Counted from the first letter of the stretch, positions 43,201-57,742 are shown. The stretch: 64,000 nt of DNA from Eledone cirrhosa (GCA_964016885.1 OZ024740.1:310806001-310870000); one strand, 5' to 3'. Notes: generated by a model not told the origin, from the letters alone. Numbers and translations: made by a program.

Positions 43201-46090
43201 GTCCTTACCTGCGCGCAAGGCCTACAGAGACCGGATTAGCGAACTAGTTAAGCGGGCGTTGACGGGAGCCATCGTCAACAACAAGTGGTAGTTTGCTCTG
43301 AACAGAGCGATTAGAATAGAGTCCATTAGGTGTAGTAAGGCTTTAGCAATAGAGAAAAATAGAGCAGAGGGAGAACTAGTTAGAAAATTAGACGAGGCGC
43401 TTAGCAAAAGCATCGCGACCGACGTACTTGCGGCGAAATTGGCCCTTGACCAATTCTTCAATGCAAAGCACGAAGGCTGCATTGTCAGAGCTAGGGTGCG
43501 TGCTCTCAGACACGAGGGGACGAAAGCCGTCCAATGGGCCCGAGTGGCGGAGGCGCGTCGTGGCAACAAAGCCACGATCTGGTCTTTGGTGGACCACGAC
43601 GGGCGCATCCTACTCGATCCCGGGCAAATGTGTGAAGCTTTTCAGCGACACTTCGCACAGTTGTTCGGGTGCAGCGGCGGGCCGGATCGAGAGATGGACT
43701 TTAGTGTCTACCTCGACGGCCACTGAGGCGGAGTGTTGCGAAAAGCCGATAACAGCCGCTGAAGTACGGGAGGCAATGATTGGCTGCACAAGGGGTAAAT
43801 CGCCTGGTATGGATGGTCTGCCCTATGAACTTTGCGTACAGATGCTAGACTTGTTCGGAAGCCTCTTGGCAGACGTCTACTGCAACTGGCAACAGAACGG
43901 GAGAATTCCGAGCGCTGTGAGCCGAGGAGCTGTGGCGCTGCTGAGAAAGGATCCGAACAAGGGGGATAACATAGATAATTTCAGGCCCATAACTCTGCTA
44001 AACACAGAGTTCAAGATTTTGGCCAAGGTGCTAGCAAAGAGGTTAGCGCTTTTCGTTGGTGGTCTGGTGGGAGAAGCGCAGACATGCACCATTCCCGACA
44101 GATCCACCCACGACAACCTCCACCTCATGCGATACATCGTAGAGAGGGTAGCTAGGGAACCTGGCACGGGTGAGTCCTTGATCAATTTAGATCAGTCGAC
44201 CATCGTTACCTAGCGGCAACCAGAGGGCGGCTGGCTTTGGACCCGTCTTCGGAGGCTGGATCGCTGCTATGCACAGCGACATCTGCTCTGTGGTGAGAGT
44301 GAACGGTCACCTTTCGGAACCGTTCAACATCATGCGGTCGGTCCGCCAAGGATGTCCCCTCTCGTACCTCTTGTACGTATTGACTCTCGAGCCATTACTG
44401 CATAAACTGGAGACGTTGAGGGGCGTCCCGCGCGAACTAGGGTGCGGAAGATCCGTGTCAGCATATGCGGACGATGTCACCGTAGTGGTGTCGAACGCCA
44501 AACACATCGAGGCGATCGGCACTACACTAAGAGGATACGAAGCTGTGACAGGAGCAATGATCAACCAGGAAAAGTTAGTGGGCCTGCAGCTCGGCACCTG
44601 GAGAGGCAGGTCCATGCCGTCCAACAGCGTCGTAGGCGCTGGACGGACGGACCGGTTAAATTGCTAGGGGTCTGGTTCGGTCCGAACCTCCCGGCGGAGA
44701 AAAACTGGGACGAGGTGACGATCAGGGTGGCTTCTCTCACCCAGAAATGGGCGGAGAGGAAGCTATCCCTGAAAGGTCGAGCGGAGGTGGCTAACGCGTA
44801 CATCGCGTCCGTCAACTGCTACCGCCTGACCATCGTACCTTGTCCTAATCCTCGCCTGACTGCGCTGGAGCGTTTGCTCTTTTGCTTTTTGTGGAAGGGA
44901 CGCGCTCCGATGGTCAGGCGGTCCATCTGTTGTCAACACCCGCTACGTGGAGGGCTGGGCATGCCGTGGCTGAGATGATGCGCAGACACGCGCTCAGGCT
45001 ACGCAATCTCCACCTCTTCCTCGACGGTGATCAGGTGTGGTCGCCGTTTGCTAGACGCGTCTTTTCCCAGCTCGTCTCCTTGGCGGAGCTGCAGTCCTGG
45101 GCAAAGCGAAGACCGAGAGGGAGCGCTTGGAGACTGGAATCTTCAGGCGCTCACAGCCCTCGACCAATCGGGCAATGTGATCGGTGGAAACTCTACCTTG
45201 GCGTTTTCTATAGAGGATTAGTGGAGGGGAAGAGAGCGACGACGTACTTGGAGAAACTCTAGGCGTCTGAAAATCAACTAGCCAATCTCTTCGAAGAACT
45301 TTCGGGCCGGGGCCTATGGGCAACTTCCAGAAATCCCTGGCCTGGCAGTGCTACCGAGGAGCTTTGCCAGTTCGGGATAAACTCTACATGCATGGAGGTG
45401 CCGTCAGCCGGGCATATCCGAGATGCGCACAGGGCGACGAAACCGTCCTGCACGCACTCATCCAGTGTCCGAGCATTGCTGACTTGTGGGTTTATGTCGA
45501 ACACCTGCTGTCACGTGTAGGACGGATCCAGCTGTCAGCTGAGTCCATCGTGAGGATTGCCCCGCCCTCTTCCTTTAGCCGGGAAGGGGAGGCAGTTTTT
45601 ATCTGTCTGGTGGCCATGGCGAAAGAGATAGTATGGTGGACACGTTTGAAAGGGCTGAAGACGAGGACTTACCTCTTCGGTGATGCCATGATTAACTTTT
45701 TCAAATTTCATTTGAAAAGAAAAATCAGGGTAGAGAGGGAAGTGCTCTCTTCCCAGTATTTTGTTGAAAGATGGGTGAGAGAAGCAAGTATGGCCCGAGT
45801 GAATGGGCCTACTCTGAGTATGTCTGTAAATTAAAGGTGGAAAACTGGGAGAGGGCACTTGCCTTGGTGGTCAGGGTCACTGTGGCCTTTTAATGGGCTT
45901 TCTCCACAAATGTCCCTCGGAAGTCCCCCCCCCCCCCTCCTATTGGGGAATTCTTCATTGTTATTTTTTGTTACATCCTCTGTTTTTATTTTTTACACGC
46001 AGAAATGCCCATTTGTACCGTCTTGTATTGTCCTGTACTGTCCTTAATGTCTACTTTATGTAAACCCTTATGGTAAATAAAGAAAGCAAT
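40238..46090 (+). mobile_element. Near full-length Tx1/L1-group LINE, inactivated
   Basis: ORF1 pieces 40451-42116 with zinc knuckle CVVCGEGTHLRAFC; ORF2 42448-45834 with EN (NINARGL, SET, GDWN, TDH), RT (GKSPGMDGLPYE, FRPITLLN, VRQGCPLS, AYADD) and C-terminal ETVLHALIQC; several stops/frameshifts; (ATT)n on both flanks. Confidence 0.93.
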
Positions 46091-46104
46091 ATTATTATTA
46101 TTAT

Positions 46105-46149
<45 letters not shown>

Positions 46150-48939
46150 CAGCAGCAGCAACAGCGGCAACGGTGGTGGTGGCTGTGATGGTGGTTTCGG
46201 TTGATGAGCTTCAGGGTGCACTCTAGAGTACATTTAGAAAACCTTTTTATGTAGTTGTCTTATGTACAACCAAGAATTTTTATTCGAAATATATATCTGC
46301 CATTTCCTTTACCCAATAACAAAATATATATGCCATATTATACAATCTTCATAATAAGAAGCACTGTATAACAGTGATATATTCAGTCAATGCTATAGAA
46401 TGAAAGGTTGAGCGGATTTATTGTGTTGTTTACGTTCTGAGATTAGATCTTTCATCATATAGTAAGTTCCACTCAAATGATAGGTTGATTTACCGACAGC
46501 AAATTGTAACCATGTTCGAATGTTATATATCGATATTTGTATCATTCAAATTTGGATGTTTGCATGGAAAAAATAGCCTTTGGACCAAAGGAATTTCCTC
46601 TGATTAAATGTAAACAGATTTAGTAAATTTATTTATTTACAAGAACGTTATCATTACTGTTTTCTGTATTAGAATAAACATAATAGCCAGGAGTACCTAA
46701 ACAATGTGCATTTCGCTATATATAATGTAAAAGAGAAATAATGTTGCTCTAACAGATATATTTATCTACTTGTTATATTTCTTTTTCCTATTAGAAACAT
46801 CTTAAAGATTTCACCTTCCTTATTTCTACTTTTTGATTTTCAATATTCGGAACAATTCCAAGATTCCTATCAGAATTCGTATATGGTTGCAGGCGAACAA
46901 TTATCATGATCATCTGTCGATATGTTTTTCTCTAGTTATAAATTCTCGAAATCATGCCAATAATTTTGCTATAAATTTTGGCTGGATTACAACTTCATAG
47001 TTTTCATTTTTGAGTGAAATTCCTTCTGATTACCCGCATAATTTTTCAGTTAAATATATTGCAAAATTTGCAATATATTTCGGATCATATTTTTATACTT
47101 GTTGTTGATGTTTGTTCTGTCGAAAAGTTAAGGATTAAGGATATCCCTAAACATTCCAGCCTTGACAATATCATCTTTTTTGTCAGATTTAGTATAAACC
47201 GAATGACATTATACAGATTCTTCTATATATTTTAAAGAAAGTAAGTTTTTATTAGTAGCAGAATAGCTTCTATTTATAACATGTTAAGCAACAAGGAAGT
47301 GGCTTCCTGTTAACTCATATCATACCTATACAAGATATTTTATATGATTGAAATGAAAATTAGAACCTATACAAATACATACACACATATAAATGTACAT
47401 ATATACATACATGTATACATATCTGTGTGTTTTTATTATGCCTATATGTATGTATGCTCTAGGGTGTTTTATTATATGTAATTTAGTGTGTCTGTGTATT
47501 TTATTTGGATTGATGTATATGTAATATATTTTCATATATTTACATTGTAAAGGAGTGTATTAACTAATCGTTGTAACTCACCAATATTGACGAAATCGAT
47601 TCAGTTGATGCGTTTCGGGTCAGGGGTCTTGGTTCAGTGATTGAATCGTGGCCAAAAAGACAAATGGCCTACTCTAAGGAGGGGTGTCTATCAGTAGAGC
47701 CATGTCAGATATAAAAGCATTACATTATACGTTTGATGCAGTTGTGTTCTTTTGAACGTCAGAAATTGATCAATGCTGAAATGTTTTCTACTCACGAACA
47801 AACAAGATAGTATTCCAAATTCAGTTTTGGCAAGGTTGTAAAGTTTTGTATATATTCTTTTAGTGGCTTCAGTCATTAATCTGCACTCATGCTGGGGGGA
47901 AAAACTTCATATAGTCAAATATATGTACACACACATACACTGGCAAACATACGCAGAAACTCACGATAGTAGAAGACACTTGCCTATGGTGCCGCGTGGT
48001 GAGACTGTACCAGAAACGATCTTCTTAACGACGTGACCATGTATGTGTGTGTCTACATCTGACTTTTTATCTGTGTGCATGTGCGTATGTATATATGCAT
48101 ACACACACATATATTTATTCTATTGTGTCTGTATTTCTTTTTAATTCTGTTTTGTTTTGTTTGTTTCTTTGTTTTTTTTAGTCTTTGAGAACTCTACTGG
48201 CTTTAAATTCGAAATATACACCTTTTTGAATGTTCCGCTCGCACGGTCTCTGGGAGAACTACGAGTCGTTCTTTCCCCTGTGACGTATCTACTTACTGCC
48301 AACGGCATTTAGCTAATGTAGTAGTAATTTCTCGGCGCACGAACTGGACAGACCACTTCATATCTTTCGCTATTTTAGTTACATCCGCTGGTATGGCAAT
48401 GCAGAAATGACATGAAGTAATGCACAATGCTGCCACAGTGATTGGCAAATTGCAAATTGCATTCGTTGGTGCAGTTTGTATTTGCATAAACACCGAGGCC
48501 CGGGCCAACTACATGAGAACGCTCCATTACAAATATACATTTTGTTAGCACTCTGAAACAGCTTCGCTTGCTTATATTTTTAAACCATATCTCATTGAGA
48601 GAATAATGTGCGCAAACGGAATTATAGCGAATATATTTCCTATAACCTTGCTACTTATAATATATATATACATTAATATGAAATATTGATATATGTAATT
48701 AAGAATGTTTTTCCAAGCGAACAGGAATTACAATAGTGAGACTAGAGTAAAGTAAAGTAAGTCAAAACAAAATAACGATTTTTACCTTATATTTCAAAAT
48801 AGTTCAAGATTAGATCCTTGTTATCAAATGAAGAGAAGAAATGACTGTATTGTTCTTATGAGCAATCCTTTCTTTTGTAACTGACAAATAATGGATGACG
48901 GTCGGCGGAAAGGTGATGCATATCCATGTAATTCAAATC

Positions 48940-50720
48940 TGATATTTACGCCAGTTCATAAGATTTTCTCTTTGATGCAGAAATGTTTAATGTTCCTGCC
49001 ATATATAGTAAGGAAATAGAATCCAAATGTCGACCCCATAAATTCAACAAGCATGAGTTATATGTGTTACGGATTACAACAGGCACTAAGTTTTCTACAG
49101 TTAATGTAATAAACATCACTTTCAATTTTGTGTGTTTTAGAAATAAGAATTCTAATCCCAACAAGTTATTTCGGCGATTGGAGATCCTATTAGTAATATT
49201 ATAAACTAGGTTTTTAAAGACTGCAATGGGTAGTATGAGGCTTTATTAATACATTTCAATTTTTCGTTAGGCTTATGGTTTTACGAAACTGTGGTTAGGT
49301 CTAAGTTTACAAAAAGGAAATTTGCATTAGCAAGATTCATATCGACTGTAATTTTAAGTCCTTGTGCACGAAAGGTGTCAATTAAATTTTTACTGAATAT
49401 CTCTAGAGCAGGGGCGTGCAACAGGTGGCTCGCGGGCCATAATCCGGCCTGCCAGACCAATCAGAGTAGTCCGTAATGATCGTTTTTAATATTTACCTTC
49501 TAGGCTTATTTAGAATTTCTTTCGTAACCGTAATACAATTTTCTGTTAGTTGACCTATACTAAAGGGGTTCACTGATAGGGTTATGTGTGTTATAATTTC
49601 CTAATTCCATGTTATGGAAAGAATTTGTGGTGAATCTTTGGAATAGTGCTTAATAAATATTAATGACTCTAATATTTGTTCCAATGTTCAAAGGTGGCCC
49701 GCCAATGGAATATGTTGCACGCCCTTACTCTAGAGTATGTCCGTTACAATCATAGGAAAACGAAAGACCATCGTCTTGGTATAGATCAAAGTAGTTGGGG
49801 AATTTAGACTTTAGCGTATGAAGAGCGTATAAGCCAATAAGATTACAAATATCAGCCTATGATAGGACCCCGTCGAGACGTCAAAAGAAACCTCAGGGTC
49901 AGATATATTTACCCAAGTAGTATCGTTACTAAATAGGAGGGTTATATGGGTGTGGAATATTAGGCCATATTCCATTTCGCTGATGTATACAAAAGAACAA
50001 GAAAAGTCTAAATTGTTATTTAGAAGGGTCCTAGAAATAGACGGATAAAATCTATAATCTTATAATATCAAACTGTGTGAATTTGGTCCTGCTTTGAAAG
50101 GGGATTTCTGTGAACTAGGATATTACAGATGAATTATTCCCGAGAGAGATTAGTGCTTTTAGTACAAGTGTTAATGTCTCTAGTTAGTTCTAACTCTGTC
50201 CTTGCAGGATTTATTAATCTACAGTTAGGCCGGTTTGTGAAATCAGGTTGGTGATCCTTCAGGGTAATGAAAGCATCACGTTCAGCTAAGTGTTCTACTC
50301 CATTGTCTATATTAAAAGCTGTGGCAATATCTTTGTCCTCATCATTAATCTTGTTATATGTGTTAGGTTTAGCATTCTGGTGTTTATTTGTTATGCTATT
50401 ATGGATAAGGTTGTTATATTTTCCTTTATCTAGTTCGTACAACGTTTGTTTTGTCCGAAAACATTTATAGCCGATTTGAAATGTTTAATGGTATTGACAA
50501 GTGTATGTTGGAAGGGATTATAGTACTTACGAAAGTAGATGGTGGCGACTAAATCTAACAGGTCAGCTTCGAACGAGGCTAAAACCTTAACTTTGGGGAG
50601 GATTTACTTAATGGAATTAACGTTAAATTTCCCAGTGGCTGTGGTGGCCATACCTTCGAAAAGGAGAGCCTTCCAACTCAATCTACGTACATCTACTTAG
50701 TCAAGAAACATTTTTTGAAA
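48940..50720 (-). pseudogene. Decayed Penelope-like element RT
   Basis: ORF 50134-50442 AFITLKDHQPDFTNRPNCRLINPARTEL is typical PLE RT; downstream decayed FYPSIS and YQDDGL motifs. Confidence 0.8.
49409..49727. mobile_element. Non-autonomous hAT (Charlie-like) MITE
   Basis: TIRs caggggcgtgcaac / gttgcacgccctta; 8-bp TSD ctctagag at 49401-49408 and 49728-49735. Confidence 0.9.
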
Positions 50721-51699
50721 GATCCAGACCTTGATACCAGAAGATGTCGTTTCTTTCTTAGTGATAAATTTAGAATATTAGCCGTCTCCGAATAATTATT
50801 ATTTGAATTCAAACAACGAAATATTTAGAGGAAGCCTCCATCTCAAAGGCAACTCCTTGCTAAGTGGAAATACTTAACAAATTCAATTGACTTTCAACCA
50901 CTTTAATTTGATTAATATATTATCTTAATATATTTTTATTTTATTTTTAACTTTTTCCACTTCTAGACCAGGTATGCTCTCACAACATATGCCAAATGTA
51001 ATATTCCTGCTACCAATTGCGACTTTAGGATCATTTCTATAATTCTTCGATGGATCATATGAAAACGTAGCTCTTAGCCAGTTTATTCTGCCTTGAAGAG
51101 TCGTTTGTGCTCACCGAGTTTTCATCGCCACTCTCATTGCTTCTTGGAGGTTTTCATATTGAACCTCTGTTTGTTGCGATAGTCTTTCTTCTTGCTTTAA
51201 TGTTTCTGTTTCCTGTTTCGGGTTCTGTACACTTTCAGAAAGTTGCGATCGTTCTTCTTGTTGTTTTAACCTTTCTGTTTCTCTTCTCATATTCTGCTGA
51301 ATGTACCAATATTGACTTGTCCCTTTATTCCCAATTCTTTTTTTATATTGTTCGTCAGTTTCTCTTTCGCGTGAAGATTTCAACCGTTTGGCGGACATTG
51401 TAACATCCCCTGTGTGTGCTTGTATGAATGCACAGTCTGTGTGTGTTTTATGATTTTGTGTGAGTGTATGTATGTCTGCTCGTGGGTGAAACTCTGTCTG
51501 TGTTTGTATGAATGTATGTCAGTGTGTTTTTTATAAGTGTATGTTTGTGTGAGTGCATATGTGTATGTTCGTTTATATTTATATTCTCATACCATTAAAT
51601 TAGCAGTTAATACATTTGCTCATATTCGGTTAATTTACACTACATACAAAAATAACAATTAATATTACTTTTGGATGTTGATACTTATTTGTTTACAAT

Positions 51700-52156
51700 A
51701 TTGAAAAAAAAAGTCTTTATTATAAAAATTCATCTCATGCCTACAGCTATTCCATTTGAATTTAAGAGTCTTCAGTTTCAAACTAAGTTTGTTATTTCAA
51801 TTAACAAATCTCAGGGTCAATCCCTCAAGGTAGTTGAACTTCATCTCTCTACTACATGTTTCTGCCATGGTCAACTCTATGTTGGTTGCTCACGAGTTGG
51901 AAGCAGCTACAATTTATTTATTTGAACACCAACAAAAAATGACACAATGAATATTGTTTACCCTGAGGTGCTTCAAGATTGACAGATTTTCATTTCTAAA
52001 TTCTATTATCATTCCAATTTTGATATTATTATTTTTCTTTTTATAAAATATATATATTTTGAAATAATTATGAGAAAAGATATATCTTCATATTTATTGT
52101 TTACTAATCTAAATAAGAACAGCAGTAACCTGGGCAACGCCGGGTCATTCAGCTAG
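51700..52156 (+). mobile_element. Helitron 3' end (PIF1-like helicase C-terminus, hairpin, CTAG)
   Basis: PFEF..LQF..INKSQGQSL..HGQLYVGCSRV..NIVYPEVL; acctgggcaacgccgggt hairpin then ctag at 52153-52156. Confidence 0.85.
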
Positions 52157-52412
52157 CATTATATATAGATATAGATTATTATCATATATATTACATTATA
52201 TGTTATAGTAGAGTATTGTATATTTTATTACATTATATATATATATGTATATGTACATAATATTACGTTTCATATATATATATGTGTGTGTGTGTGTATA
52301 AATACATACACACACACACATACACACACATACACACACACATACATACATACATACATACATACATACATACATACATACATACATACATACATACATA
52401 CATACATACATT

Positions 52413-52958
52413 CATGATGGCTGCCCCCTCGTTATCGAGTATGGCCATTGCACGATATACCATTATTAATAATTATTAATTAATTCTATCGTGCAATGCC
52501 TGTGCGAGAACATTTTTTTTAAAGTGAGGAAAGACTGTGCACTGAGCCAATCCCACTCGCTGAAAAGGCCAACATCATCGGTAACTACTGAGCCTCAGGT
52601 TTTATGTCGGAGTTATCCCAGTTGCCTGAGTTGCCTTCTCCTAGAAGAATGCCCTGTACAACTTGTCACATAGTGGGGTCATCATCGACTAAACCGGCAA
52701 CCCCACGACGTATACTTGGTGAGGGGCGTGATTTTGGACACCCTGCAGGACAAAGAGCAAAATCTGACAAAGGGCGGGAGAACTCATAAAAATAAACGGC
52801 CATCCAAAAGTGTGTAAATATGTATATAAACATGTATACATGTATATATGTGTATATATGTAGATGTATGTGTGTATATATATATATATATACGCTTGGG
52901 CATAGAAATAGTCGGGCTGGATAACCGATCGCGCGGTTAAAACACTGGGAGTGAAGGA
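52413..52958. mobile_element. Internally inverted copy of the dispersed non-coding repeat, in (TACA)n
   Basis: 52413-52650 is the reverse complement of the right part of 8578-9172; 52655-52958 matches the left part directly. Confidence 0.8.
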
Positions 52959-53359
52959 CATACATACATACATACATACATACATACATACATACATACA
53001 GTCAACGGTATCGGTCGCATATTTTGACGTAGGAGACTATTTATTAAATTTAAGATGAATACTATCTCCGACAGTAATGCCACAACTACAGTCATGTTGA
53101 ATTATATCTTGTGGAGACACCTTTTATTCGAATTCGTAGAGATATCCGACTAAATACATAATTCATTTTACAAGGATTTGCTACAAACAGCATGGCTGAA
53201 CACAATATCAACAACAAAAATTAAGGAAGTATCGAAGACAAACAACAAGAAAGGTAAACAAACTTTATTCAGTTGTAGCTACAGAAGAAACCGAAATTAT
53301 AAATCGCATTTCTCTTGGGGTTGCGAAATTAATAATGATTTATTTAATTGTTATAAAAT

Positions 53360-55130
53360 GGCACAACTTAGGAGGAATATGGCTACTGTCTGGCTGGTCT
53401 ACAGGAAATCTTTCGATTCTGTTCCCCACTCTTGGATGATAGAGGCCCTCCAACTTGCTACAGTCCCAGACATTATTGTCAGAGCCATAGAGAGGCTGTC
53501 TTCTTCTTGGGCTACTATCCTCAGGTTAAAGACAGAGAGGGAGGACTCTATTTTCACTGATAAAATAAAATATTGCAGGGGTATATTTCAGGGAGAGAGT
53601 CTCTCTGTGATATTATTCATCTTGTCATTAGACCCCTTGACCTTTCTGCTCAAGAAATGTGAGGCTCACAGGAGGACAGAAATACGAACCTAACCCATAA
53701 TTTCTTTGTGGATGATCTGAAACTCTATGCCAAGAACATGCATGGGATGAAGAAAAATCTTGACCTGGTTACAACGTTCTCAAAGGATATAGGAATGGAG
53801 TTTGGCCAAGATAAATGCTCATACATGACTGTAAAGCGGGGGAAAACAACAACCCAATCTAGCAACATTGTCATCAATGGCCTAACTGTTTTACCGATAT
53901 CTGATGAGGACTGCTACAGATACCTGGGGATAGATGAGAACATATCCTATAATGGTATCTGTAATAAGGACCGCGTAACCAGGTAATACTACACCCGATT
54001 AAGAAAGATTTGGTCATCGGAACTATCTGCGCATAACACCGGAAACTTCTACATCAACAGTGACATAGACCGCCTTTACTTGAAACGTAAGCAGGGAGGC
54101 CGAGGTCTAACATCAGTTCGGACAGCATTTGAATGTCGCATCATATCTCTCCGACAACATCTACGAACCTCGAAGCGTAGAAGCCCGTCTCTCGAGCAAG
54201 TCTATCTGCATGATAAGATCATGAGAGTTGGGAAGGAACTCCTCGAGAGATATTCCCTGTGTGATAATCAAAATCTCACACCCAGGGATGTCGCTCAGCA
54301 GTATCGCAGTGAATCCATGGATGAAAAACTGCATGCTTAACAGTAAGAAATCATGCATAGATATGTTGCCAGGAAGCTCCAGAGTGAGAGTAATATAGAT
54401 AAGGAAAGTAGTCTATATTGGACCAACAACCGCTATATTGGCTCCCACTTTGTAGGATATGCTTTTGCAATCCAAGAACAGGAGATTAACACGAAATACC
54501 TGATTCACAAAAGAGATAGGGATGCAGGCAAAACACCTAGATGTGATAATAAGTGCATACCTGCAGAACTATCATCGAGGATATCACCCATGTCATCAGC
54601 AGCTGTCCAAAGATGTCATGGCGGTACTATCTACCTATGAGGCATGATGTAGTGGCCAAAACACTGTACAATGCAGTTCGTAAAAAAGATAGCCCCGATA
54701 ATAAACACATTAAAAGCTACAGCAATGTAGAACACATACATGTACATAACATGAAAGATTACTGGTGGAATGTTCCAGTAAAAACCCCAATAAAATGGAG
54801 GCATAACGGACCAAATATTATGATATGGGACAGGGAGAAGAAAGCATGCACAGTAGTAGAAATTAGCTGCCCAGCAGATGTCAATATAATAGCAAAGATT
54901 AGCGAAAAGGAGAATATTTATGTAGAACTGATGAGAAATCTGCAGATACTCCACCCTGATTACAACTTCAGATTTATGCCTGTGATCAATTGGGGCACTA
55001 GGGTATGTTAGTAATTGCCTCAATACAAATCATGTGAAGCTAGGCTTCATAGGAACAGAAAGAACACAATTAGTTAGGAAATTACAAGTACAATCCAGTA
55101 AAAATATGTAAAACATTCCAAAAATGTTGC
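53360..55130 (+). mobile_element. Decayed R4/Dong-clade LINE (RT, CCHC, restriction-like endonuclease)
   Basis: YRKSFDSVPHSW; GIFQGESLS; FVDDLKLY; YRYLGI; GGRGL; AIQEQ; HVISSC..RHD; PNIMIWD..VVEISCP. Confidence 0.88.
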
Positions 55131-55457
55131 ATCTAATAACTGCATATACACATGTACAGATACAAAACATATACACATCGACACATACAATAACATCCAT
55201 ATCTACACATGCATGCATACATAATCTACCTAGTTGATGTTGTGTAAATTCCAATGAGAGTATTGTGTCTATGTTAGAAACCGACTCTCTCTCTATTGGG
55301 AAAACATTTGTTAAATTATAAAACCAGAAGAACAAACATATATAAATAAAATTTCTACCCGTGTCAAACATGCTATATGATTGCTCTTTTGTTTATTTTC
55401 TTCTAGCTATATATTTTATAAATAGATTTTCTTAAAACTCTCACTCATCATTTATTA

Positions 55458-56024
55458 TAATTGTTTCTACTTTAGGCACAAGGCCAGCAATTACCCAGTG
55501 CATTACTGGTACTTTATTTTATCGACCCCGTAAGGATGAAAGGCAAAGTCAGCCTCGGCGGGATTTGAACTCAGATCGTAAAGGGACGTAACTATGCTGG
55601 AAAGCATGGTGTCCGACTCTCCACCGATACTGCCAATCCACCGCCCTCTAATTGTTTCTACTTTAGGCACAAGGCCAGCAATTACCCAGTGCGTTACTGG
55701 TACTTTATTTTATCGACCCCGTAAGGATGAAAGGCAAAGTCAACCTCGGCGGGATTTGAACTCAGATCGTAAAGGGACGTAACTATGCTGGAAAGCATGG
55801 CGTCCGACCCTCCACCGATACTGCCAATCCACCGCCCTCTAATTGTTTCTACTTTAGGCACAAGGCCAGCAATTACCCAGTGCGTTACTGGTACTTTATT
55901 TTATCGACCCCGTAAGGATGAAAGGCAAAGTCAACCTCGGCGGGATTTGAACTCAGATCGTAAAGGGACGTAACTATGCTGGAAAGCATGGCGTCCGACC
56001 CTCCACCGATACTGCCAATCCACC
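55458..56024 (-). mobile_element. Head-to-tail trimer of SINE family A (191-bp period)
   Basis: Three nearly identical units; duplicate ORFs start at 55594 and 55785. Confidence 0.93.
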
Positions 56025-57171
56025 ATTTATTCCATCATTTATTATAATGATTGTAACATCAGTGATTGTTAGCTTTCTTCTCTTTTCTGTCCACGCTTAC
56101 ATATCTATATTAATAACTGTCATATTTTGCATAACGAAATTTTTTCTTGAAATGTATTCAGTCTTAATGTATTTATTAACCATTGAATGTTATTTACTAT
56201 TTAGAATATTTTCTGAATTTATAGTTCACCGCACTTTGTTCCAACCATCTCAATGTCTTATTTCTTAAATATTGATTTTTCCTTTCAGACAATGTTTTCT
56301 TCCAGATCAGATAGCTGTTTTCTTGTTTTTTGTTGTTTTTGTTTTTTTTAGGGGGGGGGGGGGTATTTCCATGTTTGATTTTTTCCTCACGCAGCTTAGG
56401 TCTCATGTTTCTTAGATTTCTACTTCAGTAATCTATTTTGATCTTAAGAAGCAAAACAAATGTTCCATTGCAGTAAGCTCCTTAACACCACCATTGACCT
56501 CTTGAGTTTAGTGTAACCAAAATTTATATTGTCATTAGCTAGGGAAATTGATTTTTGTTTTTGTTGTTTTTTTTTGTTGTTTTTTTGTTTTTTGCATGTG
56601 GCAATATTCTATTTATATTATGGCTTAATGCTTTCTTCGGAACATGAAATACAAACTTCTTTCCTGTTGAGTAAATACGCCATCGTAACACTAGTTCTAT
56701 TGTTAACGCAAAATTTTAATTACATGTGCATTCTTCGCAGGACGTTCAGTATCCTACTCTGATAAATGATGAAGAAAATGGAGTTTGGAATGATGTAATT
56801 TAGTTTGCTCATCAATTCAACCATGCACATGAGATAAATGTTTATTTTATTGTAAAGATATGTGTGAATCCAAGCATTGGGTAAAAAGGCAATTGATATG
56901 AATATATTTGGAAATAACCATTCGCAATCTTTCTTTTATATCTTCTAGAATATTAGTCAAATGTTACATGTGTATCTTGAATATTTCTCGCCGTTAATAT
57001 AAATGTATTTGCCTATTTATATTAAGTGGATATTTCAGAAATATATATATACATAAATGCATATGTGTATGTGTATATATATATATAAAGTCATGGTTCC
57101 TAGTTCTAATCCTTCATTTATTATATATATCATATTTGCAACAACACAGCTCGCAATTTTTAATTTTTATA

Positions 57172-57278
<107 letters not shown>

Positions 57279-57294
57279 ATATATACGTATATTC

Positions 57295-57720
57295 TAGGTC
57301 GGCTAAAATTCCCGAGATCCATGAACGAGTTCTCTCCACCGGTCTCTGTCCCTCATTATTGCTGCCATGACCTGCGTCTCCAACAGACCAGTGTCTGTCC
57401 TTAGGGCATCAATATACGTTAACCTTGGTCTTCCTCTTCCAGTGTGTCCATGTAGGGGCTCCCACAGGAGCACTGAGCGCAATGTCAACTGTGGATGTCG
57501 GTGAGCATGTCCAGCTAACCTCAGTCTCCTCTGTGTCACTTTTGAGCTGACTTTTGGGAGGCTCCCATACAGCTCTGAGTTTTTCATCCTCAGTGTATAC
57601 TGATTAATGTTCAGAGCCATCCTCAGCATTCTCGTGTAGCACCCATCCACCATCTGAGTGAGTTTCTTGGTCAGTGTCCAAGTCCCAGACCCGTACAGCA
57701 GCACAGACTCCACTACAGCA
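57295..57720 (-). mobile_element. 5'-truncated RTE-type LINE 3' end
   Basis: Close homolog of 34335-34760; TA arrays on both sides. Confidence 0.9.
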
Positions 57721-57742
57721 ATGTATATATATATATATTATG

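Noticed and set aside
46051-46233. Poly-Leu/Pro ORF resembling a signal peptide
   Set aside because: Compound trinucleotide microsatellite
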